This document shows positions 52,384-64,000 of a stretch of 64,000 bases of DNA, piece after piece; the stretch's first letter is position 1, and each line of letters opens with the position of its first letter. The notes under the pieces were generated by a model. The model searched no databases and had not been told where the DNA came from. It was given only the letters and a program-made list of their open reading frames with translations. The position numbers were made by a program, and so were the translations under genes. Source of the DNA: Girardia tigrina (taxonomy: Eukaryota); assembly GCA_001938485.1 (NCBI GenBank), contig MQRK01227972.1:1-64000 (forward strand). The letters run 5' to 3'.

Positions 52384-52409
52384 GGTTTCATAAACCATAA
52401 AGCCACTCG

Positions 52410-53590
52410 AAGATATTATCTGGGAAACCCATCGGATGTTGGCACACGCGGGTGCAAGAAAATTTGAGTATTATTTAAGAGACTCTAAGGATTTTGAAAA
52501 GCTGAAAGGTAAGATCAAAGAGATTATACGCAGTTGTGAATCATGCCCAAAGTATAAAACATATACGGCAAAAACAAAAGAGAATACGATAAAATTAGAA
52601 GCTGTCGAGGTTTTTGAATGTATTTATGTGTATATTTGTGGACCGTTGAAGGAGATTTCTGGGAAAAAGAAATATATTCTAGGCATCATTGATCAGTTCA
52701 GTAAATACATTACGTTATTAGCAATATCGAAACAAGATGAAGAGTCGATAATAAAAGGAATAATGCGGAATTGGATACTGAAATTTGGTTCTCCAAAGGC
52801 GATGAATGTGGATTGCGGTAAGGTTTTTGAATCGAAAAAGAGGAAATAGTTCGCAGAGAAACATAATTTTGAAATTAGATTCTCCAGCCCATATTCATCA
52901 TAACACAAACGGACAAATTGAACGACAATTCCGTACAGTGAGATAATTGATAAATGCAACATTGCATGAAAGAAAAAGTTCCGACTAGGCAGAGATTCTA
53001 CCGGAGATCGAGTTCTCATTAAATGCCATATTACAGACGACTATCGGATGAGTCCAGCTGAAATCATTTTCGGAAGACGCATTAGCAGGGAGAAATGGCA
53101 TGGAAAAAATAGCAAGGCTTTTCAATATGAGCGGGACCAGGAGCCTATCACGCGAAGACAATTCTTCCCAGGAGATGATGTATTGGTAAAAGTAGAATCT
53201 CGAACAAAAGATCAAGGGAGATACGACGGGCCATATAAAATAGTTCGAAAAGTACATGATAGAAAATATGTTCTTGAAGATATATCTGGTAAAACATGTG
53301 AAAGAAATGTGGAGAAAATTAAAAAATTCTTGCGTGCGGGGGTGTAAGAGAGTGTTGTTATTAATTTTTTAATTTTCAGAAATAAGAATTTTGGTTTTTT
53401 AAAATTTCGAATTATAATCGAAATTAAAAAAAAATAATAGAAAATAGAAATAAAAAAAAGAAAATAAAAAAGTAAATTTGTTTAAATAACAAATTTAAAC
53501 TGTTGTAGTTTAATAAATTTTGTAAGTTTTTAATTTGTTTTGATTTAGAATGGAAGATAATTCCCAACCTAACAAATATAGTCTTAAATT
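52410..53590 (+). mobile_element. Gypsy integrase, PPT and 3' LTR start (53343)
   Basis: HHCC (H..LAHAG..CESC), IIDQFSKY, FGSPKAMNVDCG and GPY motifs; gcggggg|TGTAAG. Confidence 0.88.
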
Positions 53591-54395
53591 GTTCGCGAGA
53601 GAAAAAAAATAAACATATGTTTGTGCAGTGTCACTGCGTTTTTCCATCTATCAAAAGCCATTGTGGCCCAGTCTCCCCTGTGGTTTTCCACGAAATCGTC
53701 TTTGATAGCGATAGTCATGTGGCGAAGATTACCGCGAACCTCACCACAATTTATGGTTGCTAATCCAAAACCTTGTGAAATAAAAGGGCCCTCGAAGAAT
53801 TGAAGAGGCAGAATGTGTCGACTGCACGCAAGTGTTAACTCACATTTCTGCTCAGCGAACAAGTCAATGCGATACTTCTTTGGTGTAGAGTCTATAAATA
53901 CTGTCTACACAAGTGTTAGCTGATTTAATTTCATTTTTCTCATTTCCTTTGCTTGGGACACCTTTGAATGTTTGCTATCAAGATACCGTTTTAGACTGCT
54001 GGTACTGGTTTTACTCGAATGTTATACTCGAATTTTGTTCGACACATCTTGCAGGAGTCTGAATTACCTGCAATATTTTTAGAATAATTTTAGTTTTAGA
54101 AATGTGAGTAGGTAACACTATTGGGAAGCGAGCGAATTACTTCCGCCTCGGATATCTTCTCCATATTTTCTTAATACATTTGTGATTTATTTTTAAAAAA
54201 ACCCCAAAAATTCGATAAAAGATATAAAAATCAAGCGTTTAAACAAATGCTATTAAAACAATTATTGATATAACAGTTTAGTAAAATTTGAAATTTTTGG
54301 AAGATTATTTTAGATTTTGTTTAATATATTTTTTAAGTATTAATAAAAAAAAATAAATTGCATTTAATATCTTTAGTTTAATATTTTTGAAAATA

Positions 54396-55676
54396 CGTGG
54401 TGCGATCCCTAAGTCCTTAGACTCGTTGATAAATAAGATTATGACGTATATGCCGTTGATACTATAAATAAATGAGCTATCATTGGTTACAGATATGACT
54501 CATCATACCTAACCTGTGTGTGTGAGTGGTGCCATTATTTCACTTTTTACTGTAGACATGGACAGTAACGTCGAATATCACACTGTGATAAAATTTCTGC
54601 TCCTGTGCAAAACTAAAAGCTGCGATATTTTGCAGCAGTTGCAGGAAGCTTACGGTGACCAGTGCCCGTCACGTGCAACAGTGTATACTTGGATCAACAA
54701 TCCGTTTTTGATGCTGAGAGATCAGGACGACGGTGTGAAATTTTACCCGGGAAAAGTGATTTGTGCATGAAGATCGTGTCGAGTGAGAAACGAATAAGCA
54801 TCTCTGAACTTGCACAGTGTCTATCCATCAGCTACCATTCTACATATGATATTCTGCAATCATTTGGAGTTCGCAAACTGTGTTCACGTTTTGTTCCCCG
54901 ATTCCTATCCGGTGAAATGTGCGACAAACGTTTGCAGTGTTGTACTGCCAATTTGGAGCTGCTTCGCACTCATGGTGATCGCTTCATCAACAACATCGTT
55001 TTACAAGATGAAACCCCGGTGAGCTTGTATGTGCCTGAGAGCAAGTGTTAATCTTCTGTGTGGTGCTTCCACTGTGAAAGTGCTACCCGAAAACTTCGAA
55101 GCGGCACGTCACACAAGCGAGCAGCAATGCTGACTGTGTTCTGGGATTCGCATGGTATTATTAAAATTGATTTCCTTGAGAAAGGACTGACAATGAATAG
55201 TGAGTATTATTTTGAATTACTTCGCGATATGAGAAAGTTTCGTAGGAAGCCAAGAGTTATCCCATTGTGGCTCCTTCAAGACAATACACCCATTCACACT
55301 TCGCGAGCAACTTTGACTGCTGTGGATGACTGTGGCTTTCAGTTGGTTTCTCACCCCCCCCCTATAGCCCTGACCTAGCCCCAAGTGATTTTGCGTTGTT
55401 TAAATACCTAAAGAAACATTTGAAAGGTGTCCACTTTCATTCAGTTGATGTCCTCAAGGAGAAAGTCCTTGATATTCTCAATTCTTGGCCTCCAAATTTT
55501 TTTACAAAAATGAGTTCTCTGAACTTGTAGCTCGCTGGCGCAAGTGTGTTGTATGTTGATACACGGCTCATATATTAAGAAATGATTTACTTTGATATCA
55601 TGTACTGTTCTGAAAAAATAAAGTTGATTGGACTTTCCTTTCTTGTCGAGTCTAAGGAATTATGGATCACACAGCG
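54396..55676 (+). mobile_element. Full-length degenerate mariner (third family)
   Basis: TA|CGTGGTGCGATCC..CCTTAGACTCG / CGAGTCTAAGG..GGATCACACAGCG|TA; FVPRFL, QDET, QDN and YSPDLAPSDF motifs. Confidence 0.92.
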
Positions 55677-55809
55677 TATAAGGTTTTTTAAATAAATAAA
55701 GTATATTAATTTTTAAAAATAAATTGTTAAAATTTATGGTATATTATGTTAATTTACATCCAATTAGCATTCTGAAACTTTTCTGTGATTTTATACTGAC
55801 TATCATTGT

Positions 55810-56070
55810 GGTTAGCAAGGCTCTCATACGAATTTGTGACATGGGTAGTTTTCTCAGTCAACCAAGATGTGGAAGGCCTCGAGTAACAACCTGGAAAGTC
55901 CGTTGAGTCTAATAACAATTCGACGACGACTTTCTAATGAATTGGGTTTAAAGTCATACCGTCCAGCAACGAAGCCACGGCTCTCAGAAAAGAATATTCG
56001 TGAACGCATCACCTTTCACCGAAAGTATGCATATTAGACTAGTGAACAATGGAATCATGTCTTATTTATA
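55810..56070 (+). mobile_element. Tc1 transposase fragment
   Basis: PRCGRPRVTT..SYRPATKPRLSEKNIRER..WNHVLF. Confidence 0.7.
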
Positions 56071-56166
56071 TAAATTTTTTTAATATACCATTTAAAGTCA
56101 ATATACCTTTTAAAATCATGTTATTAAAACAATTTAAATATTCTTATACTAAATTTCCAAGTATTG

Positions 56167-56202
<36 letters not shown>

Positions 56203-56368
56203 TTTATGGAATGAAAATAAGGTTAAACACATAAATAACACTATATATAACAAAGTGATTTGGTCACCCTATATTGTTTCGATCTTTAAATATCTTATGA
56301 TCGTATATTATAAACGTTTTGTAACCTAAATTTATTATAGAATTCTTAAAACTAATTTTTGTTTTTAG

Positions 56369-56500
56369 ATAAAATCTGACATAGGATTTGTGGATATATT
56401 AATTAATAACGCTGGAATTGTTATTGGAAAAGGGATAATGGAATTAGATGAAAAATCTATTATGAAAACGTTTAATGTTAATGTTATCAGTCACTTTTGG
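56369..56500 (+). CDS. Exon 3 of SDR16C-type dehydrogenase
   Basis: tttttAG|IKSDIGFVDILINNAGIVIGK...TFNVNVISHFW|GTATGG; NNAG motif, phase 0-0. Exons carrying YxxxK were not found in the window. Confidence 0.93.
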
Positions 56501-58659
56501 GTATGGTAACCATATTTAATTATTTTTTTAATAAATACTTTTTCATTTTATTGAAGTCATTATTTTTTACTTTTACTAAATGATGAGAAGGTTTTTTAAT
56601 AGTTATTATTTTTTATTATAACTGTCTATTTGGTGATCTAAAATTATTTTTAATATTTTTTATGAAGATACAAGGCTAGTCTTTCAAAGCCATGGTGGTT
56701 CAAAATAGAATTATTTTCTCAATAAAGCTTATGATGAAAACTCTCCAAATCAAAAGCATCAATCAAGTCACTTTCACACGCATATTAAAATAAGCACACA
56801 TATACACATTATTGGGGAATATTTCTCCTGAACGAGGTAAAAGTGCAGAACATACGATACCTACGGTCACCTATTCGTTCCCGGTTATAGACTCCTCAAA
56901 AAGGGAACGCTCAATGATAGACCACTGGGTCGGTCCGTTCGTCTTCTTTGCCATTTGTTTATGAACCGTTGTTCGCATGGTATTCGATCGATCGTCGTTA
57001 AATTCATTTTCATTATAAATTCAAACATTCAAGACGAGAGAAAAATTTATTTAATGAAACAAAAAGTTAAATTATCACCAATAATTTTAAAATGTTAATT
57101 GAATTTCTATAAATATAAATTTAAATTTTTTGACAATCGAATTTTGATGTAGGTTGATAGGAAAATGTACAGGAACAAAAAGGATGAAATAGATTTCATT
57201 TTATTTGGTTTAGAATTGATGAATCGAAATAGATTTCGTTTTGTACGATTTGTAATTGATGAATTTGTTGTGGCGATTGACTTGCGAAGACACAACACAC
57301 ACACATTTTCTTTTTTGTCTCCACACAACTCTTATTACAAACTCCAAAAAACCAAAAACAACCGTAATGTAATATTTTGTGAAAATATTTTTATAATAAC
57401 TACGTTGCGCTTCTTTTTTAATTATTTTATTTTATTTTTAACATTAAAAGTTTATTAAATTTATTTACAACAAACAAAAGAATTAATGGGAGCCAGAATT
57501 TGATAGCAACATTTGATGAAATGTATTAATTGTGATTGTTATATCGTTATATAATGAGACAATACAAATGGACCGATGAATGCACATAAAGTTATCACTG
57601 TATATATGAGACCTTTCTCATGAATTTATTGGATAATAACAGTGTTTATCCATATAAATCTGATATAAATCGTTCAATCCACAATTGTTTATTTTTCACT
57701 CTAATTGTTATAATTGATCAAGCGTGGATTTTCTTTATAGTTCAGTGGTTTCTTTATACAACATAGCTTCTATTAGGTCGGTTACTGGCACGATTTATCA
57801 ATTTCATTTTCCGCCAACCTGTTAGATCAAAAAAATTCTTTATGTAAAATGTAGTTTAATTGTCTACATATCAATTCACTAGGACTTCATGTTTAAAAAT
57901 ATTGAATTAAATGTTTGAACAAAAGAACTCCTGCTTTCATGCCGAAGTTTCCACCGAATTGTGAATCTCAACATTCTGTAGTCTTAATCTTAAGTATTAA
58001 TCTTAAGTATTACTTCCAAATTTATTTTTATTACTTCATTAAGATCTGTGGGCAGCATTTTATAGGAAAAACTTTTATTTTACTATTCGGCGGAGTGTCT
58101 TTGATAAAACGTGGTGTTCTTCTGTCCGTTCCAATATGAGTATATATGAATGTATTTGAATTGAATTTTGATAATTTGGTGACATTTTATTTTTGAAACT
58201 GATAAATCTCTAAATTATTAAAAACTAATGGTATAACGCAGTGATTCCCAACCTGGGTGCTGCTTGCTCGTGAGATGTAAGAAATTATATTACACATAAA
58301 TATATAATATATAAAAAATATAAACATATAAAGGAAAAAATGAAATTGTACAAAAATGCCAATAATATAGAATACATATTTAAATTACGTTTACTTTCAA
58401 TTCATTGATAAATAATAACACAAAGTAAATATCTTATATGTGCATGTCGTAAGAATGTTCAGTGGATTGGAATGGTAGGAATATAGTGTATATCACGACA
58501 GCGACTGTTATTTATGCTTATATCGACATCCATAAGAAATTTTTTTAATATAAAGAAATATTTATAATAATTTAAATATTTATTGATGAAATTTCAAACA
58601 AATCTTCATCTACCATTTTTACTTCGCTGATATCCAAACTTTTACAATTTCAATCAGCT

Positions 58660-61600
58660 ATGATAACTAGGCACCTTCCATGGTAGGTTGCCTCAAAGGA
58701 TTTATATCGTATGCTAAAAGTCAAAATGAAAATATCAGACTTGTGAGGAATATTTGAATGTTTGATGTTTTGTATTTGAATGTGTATGTTGATTTGGAAA
58801 TGTGTCTCTCCTACCCAGATGGATGATTAATATTTTAATTCTTATTATCTAAAAATATGTAATGTTTNNNNNNNNNNNNNNNNNNNNNNNNNNNNNNNNN
58901 NNNNNNNNNNNTTAATTAATTTTTATAATATTTAATAAATAAATCAAATTAATATTTTTTAAATAATTAATTATCATTTTAATTATTATCCAATAAGTTT
59001 TGAGTGAATATTTTATTTAAATATTTATTTTTCCATTTTGTAAAAAAGTAATGAGAATTAAACCATTAATCAATTTTGCTTTGAATGCAAATGTACGAAA
59101 GTTTTGACATAGATTGTCTTGAGGACAATCAAAATTGTTGTTTAAATAAAAATATAAAAAATCAAATTGGTGTTCTTAATATTGCGACCACGCCAGGACC
59201 ACGTGACTCCGAATATCAAAGATCCAGAAACATTCGACGGATCTGAGACGAAAGTGGAAGCATTTATAAAGAATTTCAATAGGTACGCGAAGATAATGGG
59301 ATTTTCGGAGGAAAGGAAAATCCTTTTAGTCACGCCATACATGACACCGGATGCAATAATCAAGTATGAAACAGCGCCCGGTGAAACATGTGAAGAAAAA
59401 ATAAGAGCAGCGTTCTCCAAGGAAAAAACCGTTCTAGATATAATGAAAGAAATGTTAGATTTGAGAATTGGCTCCAGTGATCCCACAATAATATTTAGAA
59501 AGGCAGACGAACTAATAGAGAAATTGGTAGAGAAAAAGCTAGGTAAGGAAGAACTATCGAATTTAGTCTACGCTAACTTGATAGATGATGATGATGTACA
59601 AAAACAAATAGCCATTCAAGGTATCATGAAATCTGATGAGATTGAAGAAATACAAACAAGAATGTTCGAATACAAGAAAAAGAAAAGAAATGCACTAGTG
59701 GCAGCATATAATACAAAAAGAGACAATGAATGGAAAACAGTGGAAAATAAAAAGAGAACAAGACCGCGGAATAGAGAAATTCCAGAAGATACAAGAAGAA
59801 ATTTTAGAGTCAGGAAAATTACTTGTTGGGCATGTCATGAAGAAGGACATGTTAGAAGAGATTGTCCAAATGTGACATGTAATCATTGCAATAAAAAAGG
59901 ACACATAAGAACACAATGTTATGAAAACCCGAATAGGTTTAAGGAACGCGAGCAATGGAAACGGGATAATGGAAGAAATCGATGGGAAAAAATACTCGAA
60001 TCAAAGATATAGAGACCGTCCGACGTACACAAATAGGAAATATTCAGTAGCGGAATTGGACGAATTAGACGATGAATTGTATGAAGGAGATAACTCTTCA
60101 AGANNNNNNNNNNNNNNNNNNNNNNNNNNNNNNNNNNNNNNNNNNNNNNNNNNGACGAATTAGACGATGAATTGTATGAAGGAGATAACTCTTCAAGACG
60201 GGGTTATACCGACGAAACCAATAGAAAAGAAGATTCTAAAAGACAGGAATATCCCAGAGGTTACATAAAGTTCAGAGATGATCAGGGAAACGAGGATGCA
60301 CGATCACAGGGAGAGGTGATCAGTGTGCTTCATTAGAAAGTCAATGCAGATGTATGTTTGATTGTACATATGAATGTGTGTGTGATTGTATTTTTGATTG
60401 TATGCATGAAAATATTCCTCTAGAAATGTGTGAATTAGATAGTTTGAATAAAGAAAATAATGAAAAATGTGATAACATGGATATTGAAAAAGAAAGAAAG
60501 AAAAGAAATATTGCAACAGATATATTAAAAATAGCAAAGTTTGACATAAATTATAAAAATTTGAAAGGATGGCCAAGTGTAGAATTTCGTATAAGGGATA
60601 AAAATGTTCAGTGTCTTTTAGATACAGGAGCCAGAGTGAATGTCATGAAAGCGGATTTAATCAAATGTATGAAAAATATTCAGATTAGAGAAACAAGAAA
60701 GCGTATTCACTGTGCGAATGACTCAGAACTTCTAAACTATGGGACTGTACAATTTAAGGTGATAATAGAAAGGGTACAGAAAACAATAGAGTTTTATGTT
60801 GTCAAAGAAATAGATCCGGAAATGATTGCTGGTATAGATTTTCTGGATAAATTTGGAATAAAACTGAAGAAAGAAGCATCAAATATCGATAGGATATTGG
60901 CTATTAGAGATAGCCCTTCTGATGAAGATAGATTGAAAAGAATAAGATAATTGTACAATACTACAATTGAAAATGAGCAAACGGAACTTTTAACAAAGTA
61001 CAGATCAATATTCATGACTGATAAATGGGATATTGGAAAAACTTCGTTAACCAAACACAAGATAGAAACGCATGGAGAACCAGTACTGGTAAAACCGTAT
61101 AGACAACCGAAACATTTTGAAGAGAAACTAGATGATATNNNNNNNNNNNNNNNNGAAAACGATATTATCGAAAAGTGTAGTTCTCCTTGGAACTTTCCTT
61201 TAGTATGTGTTTGGAAAAAAGAAAAGCAAGATATTCGAGTATGTGTAGATTTTCGTCAGTTAAATAAAATAACCGTTAGATCAGCGTTTCCAATGCCAAA
61301 TGTAAACGATATGTTGAATGCACTAAATGGGGCAAAATACTTTAGTACTATCGATTTGGGAAACGCTTACCATCAAGTAGAATTAGAAGATGAATCAAAG
61401 ATTAAAACGGCATTCTCAACAAAGTTCGGTCAATACTGTTTCAAGAGAATGCCTTTTGGAATTACTGCGACCCCAGCAACTTTTCAGGAGCTAATGGTGA
61501 AAGTTTTGGGAGATTTGAATTGGAAAGAAGCAGTCGTATATTTGGATGATATTTTGATTTTCGCAAAAGATAAGGAAGAACATCTTCAAANNNNNNNNNN

Positions 61601-64000
61601 NNNNNNNNNNNNNNNNNNNNNNNNNNNNNNNNNNNNNNNNNNNNNNNNNNNNNNNNNNNNNNNNNNNNNNNNNNNNNNNNNNNNNNNNNNNNNNNNNNNN
61701 NNNNNNNNNNNNNNNNNNNNNNNNNNNNNNNNNNNNNNNNNNAAGTTTCAAAGCCCATCATGCATTAAACATTTACGAAGCTTTTTGGGCTTGACAAATT
61801 ACTACAGAAAATTTATAAAGGATTACGCAAGATATGCAAAAGTATTGGAAGGTTTATGTGGTATAAATAAGGATAAGAAACTGATTTAGACTAAAGGATG
61901 TGATGAAACCTTTCAAAAACTAAAAGACAGAATGATTAAAACCCTAATTTTGGCACATCCTGATTTTGCCAAAGACTTCATTCTTGACACAGATGCAAGT
62001 TTTGATACGATAGGGGGCGATGTTATCACAGAAAGACGAATGTAGAAGAGAAAGGGTGATTGCGTATGGATCACATAAAATGAATAAACATGAACTAGGC
62101 TATTGCATGACAAGGAAAGAACTACTTACAATTTATTATTTCACACAGCATTTTAAACATTTCTTGTATGGAAAAAGATTTTTGTTGCGAGCAGATCATA
62201 AAGCTATTACGTTTATGATGACTACAAAGAACCCTATCACACCACAGTTCCAAACATGGATAAATTTTCTGAGTAGTCTTGACATGCAAATGGAATATCG
62301 AAAAGGTGAAAACATTCAAACGCTGATACAATGTCAAGAAATTCGTGCGAACTACGCAATCAGTGTCAAACAATGCATGGAGAGGCCAAGAAAGGAAAGA
62401 TTAAAACAAGAATACTGGCATTAAGTGAAGAATCAAATGGTTCGGACCACCAAAAGAAATCCACGTAGAAAGAGGAAAAACATTTGAATCGGCTTTGTTC
62501 AAGGACATGGCGAAAAAATTTAAAATTGAGGTATTTTATTCGAGTCCATATCATCATAACACAAATGGAATCGTGGAAAGACAGTTTCACACGATCAGAG
62601 ATGCTTTGAATATTAGAATGATGGATGGAGATCATAAAGATTGGACAGAAGTCTCATCAGAAGTCGAGTTTATGTTAAATAGTACTGTACAAGCTACGAC
62701 AGGCATGTCACCGGCCGAGATAGTATTTGGAAGAAAACTGAGACATTGGTGGAAAAACAATTACGAAGATAACAAAAATTTGAAAGCAGCTGAACAAAAA
62801 ACAGAGACAAGAAGAATTTTTGAAATCGGAGACAAAGTATTAATTAAGAAGGAAAATGTCTCAAAAGAAGATGACCGTTACATGGGTCCCGCAACAGTGG
62901 TGAAAAGAAATCATGAAATGAGTTACGAGTTACAGCTTGAAGATGGAAGAAGTTTTATTAGAAATGTTGAATGGCTAAAGCCATTTAAATCGAGGAAGAT
63001 GTGAGGAATATTTGAATGTTTGATGTTTTGTGTTTGAATGTGTATGTTGATTTGGAAATGTGTCTCTCCTACCCAGATGGATGATTAATATTTTAATTCT
63101 TATTATCTAAAAATATNNNNNNNNNNNNNNNNNNNNNNNNNNNNNNNNNNNNNNNNNNNNNNNNNNNNNNNNNNNNNNNNNGAGAATTAAACCATTAATC
63201 AATTTCGCTTTGAATGCAAATGTACGAAAGTTTTGACAAAGATTGTCTTGAGGACAATCAAAATTGTTGTTTAAATAAAAATATAAAAAATCAAATTGGT
63301 TTTCTTAATAAGACTGACTCATTGTTTTAAATATCGCAAAGCTCTAATAGCAAAAACAATCGGATTTGAACTCAAACAAGTTTTGGATGAAGTAATTAAA
63401 ATGGCTACTTCTATTAAAAGCAGGCCACTTAAATCGAGGATTTTTGAACAACTATGTGAAGAAATTTGGAAGTACACTTAATTTTACATACGGAAATAAG
63501 ATTAATTTCTAAAGGTCGTGTTTTGAATCGCTTCATCGAATTAAAAAAACAAATTGAGGATTTTTTTCACCAAGAAAACAGAAGAGTTCTGAAAATTATT
63601 GCAAAATCAATTATGGGGTTTAAAAGTTACATATTTGACAGACATATTTGGTCATTTGAATGTTCTAAATTTAAGCATGCAATGTAAAAATGAAAATATT
63701 TTGTCTTCTATAGATAAAATTAAAACCTTTCAAGCCAAAATCAAATTATGGAACGAAAAAATAAGAGAAGGCAGCATAAGTATGTTCGTAAAAGTTGCGG
63801 AGAGTAACACTGAAACATTGTTTTCCTAATTTTCAATCACTGGACATCCTTACACGAAGAAATTTCTCTCTATTTTCCAGAAATTTTAATTGAATGCTAT
63901 GATTCGATACGTAATAATTATTTTCCTCTTGTTGAATCTACTCATGATTTAAATCTTTCTGAATAAGAGAAATTATTAAGTATTCGTAATGAAATTTCAA
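58660..64000 (+). mobile_element. Degenerate hAT (Charlie/SCAND3-ZBED5-like) transposase split by a Gypsy insertion
   Basis: APSMVGCLKGF..NENIRL (58660-58741) rejoins in frame with THCFKYRKALIAK..IKSRPLKSRIF..HTEIRLISKGRVL..YLTDIF (63311 onward); possible TIR CAGTGATTCCCAACCT at 58239. Confidence 0.85.
58742..63310 (+). mobile_element. Gypsy LTR retrotransposon with both LTRs (58742-59181; 63000-63310) and 5-bp TSD
   Basis: TSD AGACT on both sides; LTRs differ at about 4 positions in the ungapped parts; gag with two CCHC knuckles, LLDTGA protease, YLDD RT, DTDAS RNase H; integrase N-terminus deleted; several stops. Confidence 0.96.

Noticed and set aside
53584-53862. 92-aa minus-strand ORF
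   Set aside because: No recognisable domain or splice support.
60060-60197. Direct repeat flanking an N gap
   Set aside because: Identical sequence on both sides of a gap is most likely an assembly overlap artefact.

Overview
AT-rich eukaryotic (apparently animal-like) genomic DNA with several N gaps, mostly transposable-element debris: Gypsy LTR retrotransposons, mariner/Tc1/Tigger, hAT, piggyBac, Mutator-like foldbacks, RTE-like LINEs and Penelope. Two spliced host genes can be rebuilt by hand from GT-AG boundaries. (1) Minus strand, 34274 to 2852 with the 3' end not found: an apparently intact gene of a putative signal-peptide/Cys-rich exon plus seven symmetric phase 1-1 exons. Each of the seven encodes one copy of a 79-88 aa, heavily N-glycosylatable domain with four conserved Cys (C...CxxC...C) that resembles a Trp-less divergent Ig fold. 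Two of these exons are absent from the ORF track. This is the best candidate for an undescribed system (surface or recognition protein built from single-exon modules). (2) Plus strand, from 46150: the first three exons of an SDR16C-type short-chain (retinol/17-beta-HSD-like) dehydrogenase. Further observations: minimal hammerhead-like motifs at Penelope 3' ends; a Gypsy lineage with TG...TA LTR ends, a -1 frameshift signal and a Cys-rich module before the protease; an IS630/Tc1-like copy with 27-residue D-E spacing next to an antisense Pro-rich repeat ORF; and three GC-rich orphan gene fragments. All analysis was by eye, with no database searches.
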